Of a stretch of DNA of 48,336 bases, positions 27,917 through 36,309 are shown piece by piece. Source of the DNA: Spirochaetota bacterium. Lineage in GTDB: Bacteria; Spirochaetota; Spirochaetia; Treponematales; UBA12059. The stretch is taken from positions 1 through 48,336 of the forward strand of contig JAKPMS010000211.1 of assembly GCA_029548805.1 (NCBI GenBank), in the 5' to 3' direction. The position numbers and the translations under genes are program-made. Every line of letters begins with the position of its first letter. Positions within the stretch are counted from its first letter, which is position 1. The notes under the pieces are model-generated. The model did not search any database, was not told where the DNA came from, and saw nothing but the letters and a program-made list of their open reading frames with translations.

Positions 27917-28097
27917 TTACAGCACAAATGAACTTTTGTACTGTTTTTTTAAAGGCAGGACTATATCCACTCCACCATGCTTTATTGCCTCGTTTTGCAT
28001 ACCAAAAACAATGAAGTATGCTTCATCCTGGACTATGGATCCATGCCTAGCTGTCATGCAGCTCCTTCATTCACCTGGCATCGTTGTCTCCAATGCT
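27917..28097 (-). pseudogene. Relic of the C-terminus of a CheB-type protein-glutamate methylesterase
   Basis: Minus-strand 46-codon ORF 28057..27917 reads MTARHGSIVQDEAYFIVFGMQNEAIKHGGVDIVLPLKKQYKSSFVL. This matches the CheB C-terminal consensus (T-IAQDE-S-VVFGMP--AI--G-VD-VLPL). Just upstream, another frame holds SIGDNDAR-TGA-MKELHDS-TAG (cf. GMG-DGA-G---MK-AGA). So there are two in-frame stops and a frameshift, and no catalytic core. Confidence 0.5.
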
Positions 28098-30026
28098 CTA
28101 GTCGACAAGCTGCGCATAGCAAGTGCCATCAATAAAAAACAGCCTATAGGCCATGCCATTGTATATGCCATATCTGGTTCCGGGCTCAAAGCCGGCTAAA
28201 CCGGCGATAGGCGCCCCTATCCATACAATGTTTCTATTCAGGTCTTCAAACAGCGGCATGCTGATGCCGTTTTCCGATACCTCAAGCAGCTTGTCTTTAA
28301 AAAAAACCGCTTCTATTATTTTTGCATTGTCATAAAAAAATCTGTACGACTTTTTACCATCGGGGTACTCCGCAAGTATCATGTCCATGAGCCCGTCTGC
28401 ATCATAATCCCATGATTTTATTTTAAGCTCGCCGGCAGTTTCTCTGTATTCGTAAATACCGTCCCCATCTTCATCCAGCTCTGTATATTGTTCTGCAAGC
28501 CTGTTGTCGGCGGAAATTGCCCAAAAACGCCTGCTTTCGTGCCGGCCGTCGCCGTCGTTGTCAATATAATCAATTTTGATTGCTTCATCGTTGTAAAATG
28601 AAAGTCCGCTGCTTCCGCTATTCTTTTTCCAGACCGACGACAAGGGCATGCCATCATCCAGAAGAACTATTTCCGTCCTGTCGTTTGTTTTGCCTTCCTG
28701 GACCCGGTATGCATTCATGGCCGCCATTTTCTCCGATAAGAGGGCTTCGGCAGCTTCTATCACAAAGGGACCTTCGCTTGAATGATCCAGGCTTACAAAG
28801 GCAACAGGCCTGTAATACAGCTTGTTTGGTGCAAAAAAGTATTCCCGGTAGGAGTTTTCCTCGTAAAACACGGCTTTTTCTATATATGGCCAGTTGCCAA
28901 ATTTAAGTTTGAGTGATGACAACGCGGAATGATGTACAAAGGTATCCGGCAGGCCGCTGGAAAACAAAAGCTCCCGATCCGGCTTCCCGTCCGTAAAAGT
29001 ATCCATAAGCCAGCTGACAAGCTTGCCGTTATCATACAAACTTATCAAGGCCGGGCGGCCATCCGGACCCAGCCCGTCAAATAAATAACCGGAATAGCCT
29101 CTGAACCTTTCTGTAAAATATTGCCTTGACTCATCACTGGATAAAAGCTGGAACACTCTTTCCAGTGCCTTTCTGGTAGGTATATATTTTGACGCAAACA
29201 GCTCGTCTGCAGCCCGTTTTTCTGGTACAAGGCCGTACTTAAGAGCTAGTTCTGTAGCAAGGGGTGATGAATAACCCATAGCCCGGTATTCTCTTAACAG
29301 CCAGCGGGTTTCTTCATCGGAATTGGCATAATCAGCCAGCAAAACCAGCAGTTCGGGGTAATGCTCACGCAGGGCAGGCAATGCATCAAAAGCTGCAGGG
29401 GCCAGTTTTTCAGAATACTTGGTATCGGCATAAGAAAAAAAGGCAACAATAGCCCTGCCGTCCCATGGGAATAGCTTGACGGATTCTTTTACAAGCTTTT
29501 CGGCAGCTGTAAAGTCGGCAAGTGCCAGCCTGGCCAAAGCTTCTGTATAGAATTTTTCGGGAGTATTAGGCAAATCTGTTAATTGCCTTAAAGCCTCTTT
29601 GGCGCTGCCGCTCTTGGCCAATATGGATGCATAAAGGCTTTTAGCTTCGTTGAGTGTATAAAACTGGAAGTTTCTGTTTATTAAAGCTTTTTCAAGCCTG
29701 TCTTTGATAATGTAAGGGGCTTTTCCGTCTTTGTAATCCAGCAGGGCAGCCAAATAGTTGGCATCGGAATCAGCTGGCAAAAAAGACAGGGCTTCTTCAA
29801 GCAATTGCCTTGATGCATCTTCATAACCCAAAAGAAGCACATCCCTGGCCCCTTTGACCAGGACCCTGGAAATGGCCGAATTCCTGTTGTATTCTTTTCC
29901 CTGCCCGTGAACCATGGGGCAGGGAAACAAAAGCAGTAAAAAAACTGATACCAGTGCTGCTAAAAAGCTGTCATGCCTTGGAAAGCTTTTTAGCTGCAAA
30001 TCCAAACAATTCCTTGATTTCATCAT
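28098..30026 (-). CDS. Secreted or lipoprotein hypothetical (642 aa): helical-repeat N-half, C-half with D-x-D-G-D-G calcium-loop-like motifs
   Basis: Signal sequence FLAALVSVFLLLLFPCPMVHG. TPR-like helical region. Motifs IDNDGDGRHE, LDEDGDGIYEY, WDYDADGLMDM. The only possible starts (ATG ATG at 30026/30023) lie 53-56 nt inside the ftsH 3' end. Confidence 0.7.
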   Translation of the reverse strand: MMKSRNCLDLQLKSFPRHDSFLAALVSVFLLLLFPCPMVHGQGKEYNRNSAISRVLVKGARDVLLLGYEDASRQLLEEALSFLPADSDANYLAALLDYKDGKAPYIIKDRLEKALINRNFQFYTLNEAKSLYASILAKSGSAKEALRQLTDLPNTPEKFYTEALARLALADFTAAEKLVKESVKLFPWDGRAIVAFFSYADTKYSEKLAPAAFDALPALREHYPELLVLLADYANSDEETRWLLREYRAMGYSSPLATELALKYGLVPEKRAADELFASKYIPTRKALERVFQLLSSDESRQYFTERFRGYSGYLFDGLGPDGRPALISLYDNGKLVSWLMDTFTDGKPDRELLFSSGLPDTFVHHSALSSLKLKFGNWPYIEKAVFYEENSYREYFFAPNKLYYRPVAFVSLDHSSEGPFVIEAAEALLSEKMAAMNAYRVQEGKTNDRTEIVLLDDGMPLSSVWKKNSGSSGLSFYNDEAIKIDYIDNDGDGRHESRRFWAISADNRLAEQYTELDEDGDGIYEYRETAGELKIKSWDYDADGLMDMILAEYPDGKKSYRFFYDNAKIIEAVFFKDKLLEVSENGISMPLFEDLNRNIVWIGAPIAGLAGFEPGTRYGIYNGMAYRLFFIDGTCYAQLVD

Positions 30027-31839
30027 CCAGCAGGGTCTCCTTACGGATTAATTCCTCTGCAAGCTTTACAAGCTGATCATGGTTTTTGGTCAAAATATCT
30101 ATGGCCCGGCTTTTTGCATTTTCCAGGATTCTGAATATGGCCTTGTCAATGCGCATTGCAGTATCCTCGGAATACCCTTTATGCTGGGCTATTTCCTTGC
30201 CCAAAAAAATGGGTTCTTCTTCCTGCCCATAGGCTACAGCTCCAAGCTCTTCTGCCATACCCCATTCGCATACCATTTTTCTGGCTAATTCCGTGGCCTG
30301 CCTCAAATCCTGGGCCGTTCCCGTGGTAGTCTCGCCATATATTATAGTTTCGGCTGCATATCCTCCATAGGAAATAACTATTCTGTCGTCTATCCAGGCC
30401 TTGGAGCGGGAATAACTGTCTTTTTCCGGTAATGACAGCGCCAAACCCAAAGCTCGTCCCCTTGGAACAATGGTAACCTTATGCAGCGGGTCTGCGTTAT
30501 CCAGATAATAATGCAACAGGGCATGCCCAGCTTCATGGTAGGCAGTAGCTTTTTTGTCATCTTCCGAAATAACCAGCGAAGTCCTGGCTATACCCATAAG
30601 AATTTTGTCTCTGGCTTCCTCAAAGTCCTGCATTTCGACTTCTTCTCTGCCCCTTCTTACTGCAAAAAGTGTAGCCTCATTAACCATATTGGCCAGATCT
30701 GCTCCGCTCATCCCCGGTGTTGCCCTTGCCAGGTACTGCGCATCAACAGACATATTGACGGGAACTTTTGCCATGTGGATTTTAAGTATATCTTCTCTTT
30801 CCTGGATGTCCGGCATGGCAACAACAACCTGTCGGTCAAAGCGCCCAGGCCTTAAAAGGGCAGGATCCAGCACATCCGGCCGGTTTGTGGCTGCCAAAAT
30901 TATTACCCCGTCTTTGGTGTCAAAGCCGTCCATTTCTACCAGCATCTGGTTAAGGGTTTGTTCTCTTTCGTCATGTCCGCCGCCATATCCAGCACCCCTG
31001 GTCCGGCCAACAGCATCCAGTTCGTCTATAAAAAGTATACAAGGGGCGCTTTTTCTGCCCTGGTCAAAAAGGTCCCTAACCCTGCTGGCTCCAACGCCTA
31101 CAAACATTTCAACAAAATCGGAACCCGACATATGAAAAAACGGAACATCTGCTTCTCCGGCAACAGCTTTAGCCAACAGGGTCTTTCCTGTTCCAGGCAT
31201 GCCCACAAGCAGTACTCCCTTTGGAATTCTTGCACCCATTTTTACAAACTTCTGCGGGTTTTTTAAATAATCCACCACTTCAAGAAGCTCGTATTTGGCT
31301 TCTTTCTGGCCTGCTACATCTTCAAACTTAATTTTTTTGTCCGAGTCCAGGTAGCGCTTGGCACGGCTTTTTCCAAAACTGAAGGCTTTGTTGTTGCCCT
31401 GCATTTGCCTGAAAACCATCCAAATCAGGAATATACCAAAAAACCACGGAAAAAGTTCGCCTATAAGCCTAAGCGGGCTCATGCCGGCAGATGCGCCTTC
31501 TATTCGCACTCCCTTTTCTTTCAGGCGCAATAATAGGTCCGCATCCAGATATGGTATCAGGGAAGAAAATTCCTGGCTGACTCCGCCTTTTCCGTTTAGT
31601 TTTCCTTGTATTATCCTTTGATCCACAATTTTTACAGACTCCACATTGCCTTCGTTCAAATGATCCAAAAAAGCAGAATAAGGAATGCTGCTTGTTCTTG
31701 AAGATCCGTCAAACATGAACAATGCTACCGATACAGCAATCAGGGAAACAAATACTATCAAAGATATTCTGGCTCCTTTTGGAGCAGGAAAGCCGGGCTT
31801 GCCAGGTTCTTTTGGAGAATTATTATCGTCATGTTCCAT
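29971..31839 (-). CDS. ftsH: ATP-dependent zinc metalloprotease FtsH
   Basis: Two N-terminal TMs, Walker [19 protein letters not shown], Walker [13 protein letters not shown] ([19 protein letters not shown]), zinc site HEAGHAL. Confidence 0.97.
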   Translation of the reverse strand: MEHDDNNSPKEPGKPGFPAPKGARISLIVFVSLIAVSVALFMFDGSSRTSSIPYSAFLDHLNEGNVESVKIVDQRIIQGKLNGKGGVSQEFSSLIPYLDADLLLRLKEKGVRIEGASAGMSPLRLIGELFPWFFGIFLIWMVFRQMQGNNKAFSFGKSRAKRYLDSDKKIKFEDVAGQKEAKYELLEVVDYLKNPQKFVKMGARIPKGVLLVGMPGTGKTLLAKAVAGEADVPFFHMSGSDFVEMFVGVGASRVRDLFDQGRKSAPCILFIDELDAVGRTRGAGYGGGHDEREQTLNQMLVEMDGFDTKDGVIILAATNRPDVLDPALLRPGRFDRQVVVAMPDIQEREDILKIHMAKVPVNMSVDAQYLARATPGMSGADLANMVNEATLFAVRRGREEVEMQDFEEARDKILMGIARTSLVISEDDKKATAYHEAGHALLHYYLDNADPLHKVTIVPRGRALGLALSLPEKDSYSRSKAWIDDRIVISYGGYAAETIIYGETTTGTAQDLRQATELARKMVCEWGMAEELGAVAYGQEEEPIFLGKEIAQHKGYSEDTAMRIDKAIFRILENAKSRAIDILTKNHDQLVKLAEELIRKETLLDDEIKELFGFAAKKLSKA

Positions 31840-33211
31840 TTTTTTTCATATCTCCTTTCAAATCTATTATCAAATATCCGGCTGCAGCAGCAGAAAGTTT
31901 GTCGTTTTTTCTAAAAGTTGCCCCGGAAAAATCTCCGGAAGGCACAAAGGCTGCTATGCCACGTTTGTCTTCTATTACCAGATCCGGGGTATAAGCATTT
32001 CTGGCCCCAGGATAAGTCAAAGCATCAAGGCTTTTTGTACCGGCGGAACAACTAATACTGTCTCCGCTAAGCCTTGTCCTGATCCAAACAGGCCATTCAA
32101 AAGCATCCAGCCTCAAACCGGGGCCTTCCTGCCTCAAATATAATGTACAAGACAGCCTGCTGCCTATGCTATATTGCCCTGGAGCCTCAGCCAGGAAAGC
32201 AAAGCCCAGAGCGGTACAGGTCAATATATCAAGCTCCCCTGCCTTCTTTTCGGGAACAACATATATATGGCCTTCTTTCCTATAAAACTCAATACCCGCA
32301 CCGCTAGCCAAGCGGCCTTCTTTTTTAACGGAGCTGGCAGCGGAATAAACCAGCCTCCATGGAAATCTGGTCCGCCTGTTTTTGATTAAAAGCTTATACA
32401 AAGCCCTCTCTCGGACAGCTACCGGGCTAAAATCAAAAGCATTTGCGTCTATAAACAATTTACCCAAACTGTCCATTATCAACAAGCTTTCGGCATAAAA
32501 GTCCAATGCGCTTTCATCTAGGGCGGCTTTTTTTGAGCTTAACAGCATGGTTTTGTACAGAGCGGGAAAATTTTCCAGAATGACAGGCAATACATGGTGG
32601 CGTACTCTGTTTCTTAAGTAATCATCCGATAAATTGCTGGAATCCGTAGAATAAGCCTGATTTTTCAGTTTTAAGTAGTGCAGAAGGTCTTTGTGCCAAA
32701 GTTTTAGGAAGGGCCTGCCAATTTTGCCGTGCTGCCCGGAAATGCCCTGCAATCCGGACAGACCTGCTCCCTGAAAAAAACGCATAATTATGGTCTCAAG
32801 CCAGTCATTGGCATTATGCCCAGTAAGGATCAAATCGCAGGCCATACTTTTTCTTGCCTTTTCCAGAGCCAAATACCTGTAGTGTCTGGCTGCTGCTTCC
32901 AGCCCTCCGTAAACAGGAGCCTCGGATGCAAGGAAGCCCGGCTGGATTGTTTCCACCATCAAAGCTGCCTTATATGATTTGCATGCCGTTTTTACCAAAG
33001 CCTCTTCTTTGGCAAGTTCTGCTTCGCTTCTTAAGCCATGATTAACCCAGCATGCACACAGCTTTTCAGGACCAAGTACCGTACATGCGGCTATAAAAAG
33101 GGCCATGGAGTCAGCTCCTCCAGACAGTGCAATCAATACTTTGGCAGCTGCTGGATTCAAGGCTTCCATAAAGCATAGCAAATGCTTTTCAGGCAGGGCG
33201 GGAAATTCCAT
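31829..33211 (-). CDS. tilS: tRNA(Ile)-lysidine synthase
   Basis: PP-loop VLIALSGGADSMAL, TGHNANDWLETI. 11-nt overlap with the ftsH start. Conserved tilS-ftsH linkage. Confidence 0.9.
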   Translation of the reverse strand: MEFPALPEKHLLCFMEALNPAAAKVLIALSGGADSMALFIAACTVLGPEKLCACWVNHGLRSEAELAKEEALVKTACKSYKAALMVETIQPGFLASEAPVYGGLEAAARHYRYLALEKARKSMACDLILTGHNANDWLETIIMRFFQGAGLSGLQGISGQHGKIGRPFLKLWHKDLLHYLKLKNQAYSTDSSNLSDDYLRNRVRHHVLPVILENFPALYKTMLLSSKKAALDESALDFYAESLLIMDSLGKLFIDANAFDFSPVAVRERALYKLLIKNRRTRFPWRLVYSAASSVKKEGRLASGAGIEFYRKEGHIYVVPEKKAGELDILTCTALGFAFLAEAPGQYSIGSRLSCTLYLRQEGPGLRLDAFEWPVWIRTRLSGDSISCSAGTKSLDALTYPGARNAYTPDLVIEDKRGIAAFVPSGDFSGATFRKNDKLSAAAAGYLIIDLKGDMKKNGT

Positions 33212-33267
33212 GTCAATTTGAATTTTGGGGCAAAATCCCCGGAAATCCGACCATCAGCTTTGGTCTC

Positions 33268-33302
33268 CTGAGACAGAACGAGGGCTGCCAAAGACAGCCC
33301 TC
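33268..33302 (-). terminator. Candidate terminator after rplY
   Basis: Hairpin GAGGGCTG(33280-33287)/CAGCCCTC(33295-33302) with a 7-nt loop. On the minus strand it is followed by GTTCTGTCTC, which is only moderately T-rich. Confidence 0.4.
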
Positions 33303-33326
33303 ACAACAAAATGCAAAACAAACAGA

Positions 33327-33947
33327 TTAAGCTTTATCTGCGGCAGCTTCTTCAGTTTTGACTTCAGCTTCTGCAGCCTCTTCTGTGCTTTCTTCGCCTC
33401 TAGCAAATTTAACCATGGCCACAGCCTGCTCCGGAGAGCTTATAAGCCTTACACCTTCTGGCAAAACAATATCCCTGACATGAATGGATTTATTTGCATC
33501 AAGATCTTTTATGTCAATTTCAAAACGGACAGGCATATCTTTGGGCAAGGCTTCCACTTCTATGTCATGAACCGGGTTTTCCAGAATGCCGCCTTTTCGT
33601 ACACCTATGGGGTTACCGATCAGCATTATGGACACCTTGGCTTTGATTGGGACACCTTTTTCTATCTCGAAAAAATCCACATGCAGCACATTGCCTCTCA
33701 TCCAGTCCAGCTGTCTGTCCTTGATAAGGCAATCGCGGCCTTTATTGCCAACCAAAAGCTGAATAATGGTGCTTTCTGATACACCTTCAATAGCTTTGGC
33801 AAACTCTTTGGCATCCAGGGCTATGTGCTGAACCTTGCCATGCCTGTTATAAACAACAGCAGGAATCCCCCCATTTTTTCTGAGGCTTTTAAGCTCTCCC
33901 TTGCTGCCTGTTTTACGTTCGCGTGCATTAATTACATTCTGACCCAT
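33327..33947 (-). CDS. rplY: 50S ribosomal protein L25 / general stress protein Ctc (long form)
   Basis: RERKTGSKGELKSLRKNGGIPAVVYN..., two-domain Ctc-type length, acidic/Ala-rich tail. Start set at ATG 33947 (GGAGAG SD 7 nt upstream) rather than 33953. Confidence 0.92.
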   Translation of the reverse strand: MGQNVINARERKTGSKGELKSLRKNGGIPAVVYNRHGKVQHIALDAKEFAKAIEGVSESTIIQLLVGNKGRDCLIKDRQLDWMRGNVLHVDFFEIEKGVPIKAKVSIMLIGNPIGVRKGGILENPVHDIEVEALPKDMPVRFEIDIKDLDANKSIHVRDIVLPEGVRLISSPEQAVAMVKFARGEESTEEAAEAEVKTEEAAADKA

Positions 33948-33980
33948 GAACATTCTCTCCTGGCTTTATGCAAAAAATCT

Positions 33981-34052
33981 TTGGGACGGCAGGATTCGAA
34001 CCTGCGAATCGCGGAACCAAAAACCGCTGACTTACCCCTTGTCTACGTCCCA
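33981..34052 (-). tRNA. tRNA-Gln (anticodon TTG)
   Basis: Cloverleaf folded by eye. Acceptor TGGGACG/CGTCCCA (U1-A72). D-arm GACA-AGGGGTA-AGTC. Anticodon arm GCGGT-TTTTGGT-TCCGC (TTG at 34-36). Variable loop GATTC. T-arm GCAGG-TTCGAAT-CCTGC. Discriminator A. CCA not encoded. Same architecture as E. coli tRNA-Gln. Confidence 0.85.
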
Positions 34053-34131
34053 GTAATCAATACGGACGCACAGCTAGTATTTATACACTAAAGCAGCAGA
34101 CTGTGTCACGGGGGTATGGGCAGGTTTTTAC

Positions 34132-34410
34132 TTAATCTGTGGATGAATCGCTGTTATTATCCGCTCTTTCATAAGCCAGCACCAAGGCGTCCTGAAGCCT
34201 TGTTCGGAATTCCGGACTTATGGGATGGGCAATATCCTTGTATTCGCCAGCCTTGGTTTTTCGGCTTGGCATGGCTATGAACATGCCTGTTTTGCCTTCG
34301 ATGATTTTTACATTGTGTATCACAAAGCATTCATCAAAGGTTACGGTTACATACGCCTTAAGCTTTCCCTCTCCTGATACTCTGCGGATGCGGATATCGG
34401 TGATGTCCAT
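34132..34410 (-). CDS. spoVG: Septation/regulatory protein SpoVG
   Basis: ORF trimmed to ATG 34410 (AAGGAG SD upstream). MDITDIRIRRVSGEGKLKAYVTVTFDECFVIHNVKIIEGKTGMFIAMPSRK is hallmark SpoVG. Confidence 0.93.
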   Translation of the reverse strand: MDITDIRIRRVSGEGKLKAYVTVTFDECFVIHNVKIIEGKTGMFIAMPSRKTKAGEYKDIAHPISPEFRTRLQDALVLAYERADNNSDSSTD

Positions 34411-34463
34411 CTGGCGATATCTCCTTTGCACAATATTTTATTGTAGCAACAATTCTATATCGC

Positions 34464-35354
34464 TCATGGCCATGACGCAAGCGGAAAGCATATTTTTGTG
34501 TCATAGTTTTTGCAAAGTACAGTTTTTGCCCTTTCTGCAGCCTGCAAAGTCCTGAATATTCCAAAAACAGTGCAACCAGATCCGCTTAAAGAAGCAAATT
34601 CTGCCCCGGCTTCTTTAATTTTTTCAAGTGCATTTTTTATATTGGGTCTTTTGGGCGCAATAACTTCATAAAAATCGTTGCAAAAACGCCATTCGGAAGG
34701 CTCCATAGTTTTATATATATGGGCAGCCCTGTCCAGCTCCACCGCAGAAAGGCATGCTTTGTCCATTTTTTCAGTCAATCCATGCTCTCTTGCGCTATCC
34801 AGCAGGCTGTATGCTTCAGCAGTGGATACTCCAGGCTGTGGAAAAGCCATCAAAACGCAATAATCCGTTCTGGAATAAAGCGGAAAAAGGATTTCTCCGC
34901 GGCCGGACACTTTGGCGCATGGGCTGCCAAGAAAAAAAGGCACATCAGAACCGACAGCTTTGGCCAGTTCATGCAAGTGCTTGTCGCTTGAGCTGCCTGG
35001 GAACATAGCATCAAGTGCTTTTAAGACTGTGGCAGCATTGCTTGAGCCACCCCCCAAACCTGAGCCTATGGGGATATTTTTTTCTATTGTTATGTCCACT
35101 CCAGGGCATACGTTCCCGCTGGCTTCAAAAAACAGCCTGGTCGCATGGTACATGCTGTTTTTTTCCGTTGGACAACCGCAGTTTCCGGCTATTCTTATGG
35201 TATTGTCATTATTTACGGATATGTTTATTTTATCTGCCACAGAAACAGCCTGAAAGATGCTTGCAATTGGATGGTAGCCATCTGGCATCCTGTTTCCTAT
35301 TGACAGAAGCAGGTTTATTTTGGCCGGAGACATTAAAACAAGGCTATTGTTCAT
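34464..35354 (-). CDS. ispE: 4-diphosphocytidyl-2-C-methyl-D-erythritol kinase
   Basis: ORF 34464..35459 trimmed to ATG 35354 (MNNSLVLMSPAKINLLLSI; ATG 35333 is an alternative). GHMP kinase motif PIGSGLGGGSSNAA. Confidence 0.9.
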   Translation of the reverse strand: MNNSLVLMSPAKINLLLSIGNRMPDGYHPIASIFQAVSVADKINISVNNDNTIRIAGNCGCPTEKNSMYHATRLFFEASGNVCPGVDITIEKNIPIGSGLGGGSSNAATVLKALDAMFPGSSSDKHLHELAKAVGSDVPFFLGSPCAKVSGRGEILFPLYSRTDYCVLMAFPQPGVSTAEAYSLLDSAREHGLTEKMDKACLSAVELDRAAHIYKTMEPSEWRFCNDFYEVIAPKRPNIKNALEKIKEAGAEFASLSGSGCTVFGIFRTLQAAERAKTVLCKNYDTKICFPLASWP

Positions 35355-35425
35355 GAGGCAAATATAAACAAAACGCAATTTACTGACCAGCATAAAAAAA
35401 TAATGAAAAACATAATAAATTATGG

Positions 35426-35454
35426 TTGACAGAGTCATAAACTCTCTTTTAGAT
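35426..35454 (+). promoter_or_regulatory. Candidate sigma70-type promoter of the hyper-acidic protein gene
   Basis: TTGACA(35426-35431)-17 nt-TTAGAT(35449-35454), about 85 nt upstream of ATG 35544. Confidence 0.45.
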
Positions 35455-35543
35455 TTCATCTTGAGCTGATTGATTTAATACAAGCTTGGGAACAACCTGG
35501 CCAATCGCCGGGAAATACAAAGATAGAGCAAAGGGAGGCTTAT

Positions 35544-35843
35544 ATGTATCCTATACGGGACACGGCAATGCCGGATTACACTTTAGAGCCGGGGCTCATG
35601 GGTGTCGGCGAATACGTCCTGGCTCCCGAGGCTCCTGCCGTCCTATTCGATGATTATGAAGAGGACTACGAGGACGACTTCGAGGATGAAGATGACTTTG
35701 ACGATTACGACGATGAGGATGACGATTTTGACGACGATGACGACTTTGACGATGATGACGACTTTGATGACGACTTTGATAACCAGGAATCCGATGACTT
35801 CGATTATGAAGACGATGTAGATTATAGCGATTTTGACGAATAG
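35544..35843 (+). CDS. Hyper-acidic Asp/Phe-repeat protein (99 aa), hypothetical
   Basis: GGAGG SD 5 nt before the ATG; own promoter candidate and strong terminator. A 35-aa non-acidic N-terminus is followed by a 64-aa tail with 46 D/E, 13 F/Y and no K/R/H (DDFDDYDDEDDDFDDDDDFDDDDDFDDDFD...). Confidence 0.7.
   Translation: MYPIRDTAMPDYTLEPGLMGVGEYVLAPEAPAVLFDDYEEDYEDDFEDEDDFDDYDDEDDDFDDDDDFDDDDDFDDDFDNQESDDFDYEDDVDYSDFDE
35649..35840 (+). repeat. GAC/GAT-rich imperfect tandem codon repeats encoding the poly-Asp/Phe tail
   Basis: Reiterated units such as gatgacgactttgac / gatgatgacgactttgat / gacgactttgat. These generate the spurious His/Arg-rich ORFs on other frames and the opposite strand. 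Confidence 0.8.
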
Positions 35844-35894
35844 GACTTAAGCACAAGGGCAGCCGGACAAGCAATATTGCCTACAATTCCATAG

Positions 35895-35939
35895 CCATGT
35901 CACATACCAAGTTGGTATATGACATGGTTTTTGGTTTTT
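35895..35939 (+). terminator. Rho-independent terminator of the acidic-protein gene
   Basis: 15-position stem CCATGTCACATACCA(35895-35909)/TGGTATATGACATGG(35913-35927) with one mismatch and a 3-nt loop, followed by TTTTTGGTTTTT. Confidence 0.75.
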
Positions 35940-36309
35940 AGGGTGCTGTTGCTGCCTGAAGCTTTATTTCGCTTTTTTCCGCTTCAAACCACAGTTTTTC
36001 AAGTTCATAAAATTCCCTGGCTTCTTGTGTCATGATATGAACCACTATGTCTCCATAATCCATAAGGCACCAATTCTCATCATCAGAAAAACCCGGCTTG
36101 CGAAGCAGTGACAAATCCTTTTGGGCCATAAACTCATCAGTATGCCTTGCCAAACCCTTCATATGAGTATTGCTAGTAGCACTGCATATAATAAAAAAAT
36201 CTGTCCACATGGACATTTTCCTGAAATCCAAAACACATGTACCCATTGCATTGTGCAAAGTCAGCATGTTTGCACAAGCCATGGCGCTTTCCTTTAAATC
36301 AGTAGACAC
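35938..36309 (-). CDS. rsfS: Ribosomal silencing factor RsfS (iojap)
   Basis: TDFFIICSATSNTHMKGLARH...WCLMDYGDIVVHIMTQEAREFYELEKLW matches RsfS. GTG start overlapping the LCP gene stop by 11 nt. Confidence 0.9.
   Translation of the reverse strand: MSTDLKESAMACANMLTLHNAMGTCVLDFRKMSMWTDFFIICSATSNTHMKGLARHTDEFMAQKDLSLLRKPGFSDDENWCLMDYGDIVVHIMTQEAREFYELEKLWFEAEKSEIKLQAATAP

Noticed and set aside
27917-28100. Stop-codon recoding (TGA/TAG read as sense) to make the cheB-like segment continuous with the 642-aa ORF
   Set aside because: A frameshift is also required. TGA, TAG and TAA all terminate well-conserved genes elsewhere in the window at the expected lengths, and the 642-aa protein's C-terminus shows no CheB similarity.
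35596-35874. 92-aa His/Arg-rich minus-strand ORF and the 35602..35820 plus-frame ORF
   Set aside because: They are mirror or shifted readings of the GAT/GAC repeat of the acidic-protein gene. They have no SD or promoter, and the minus-strand ORF would read through the terminator hairpin.
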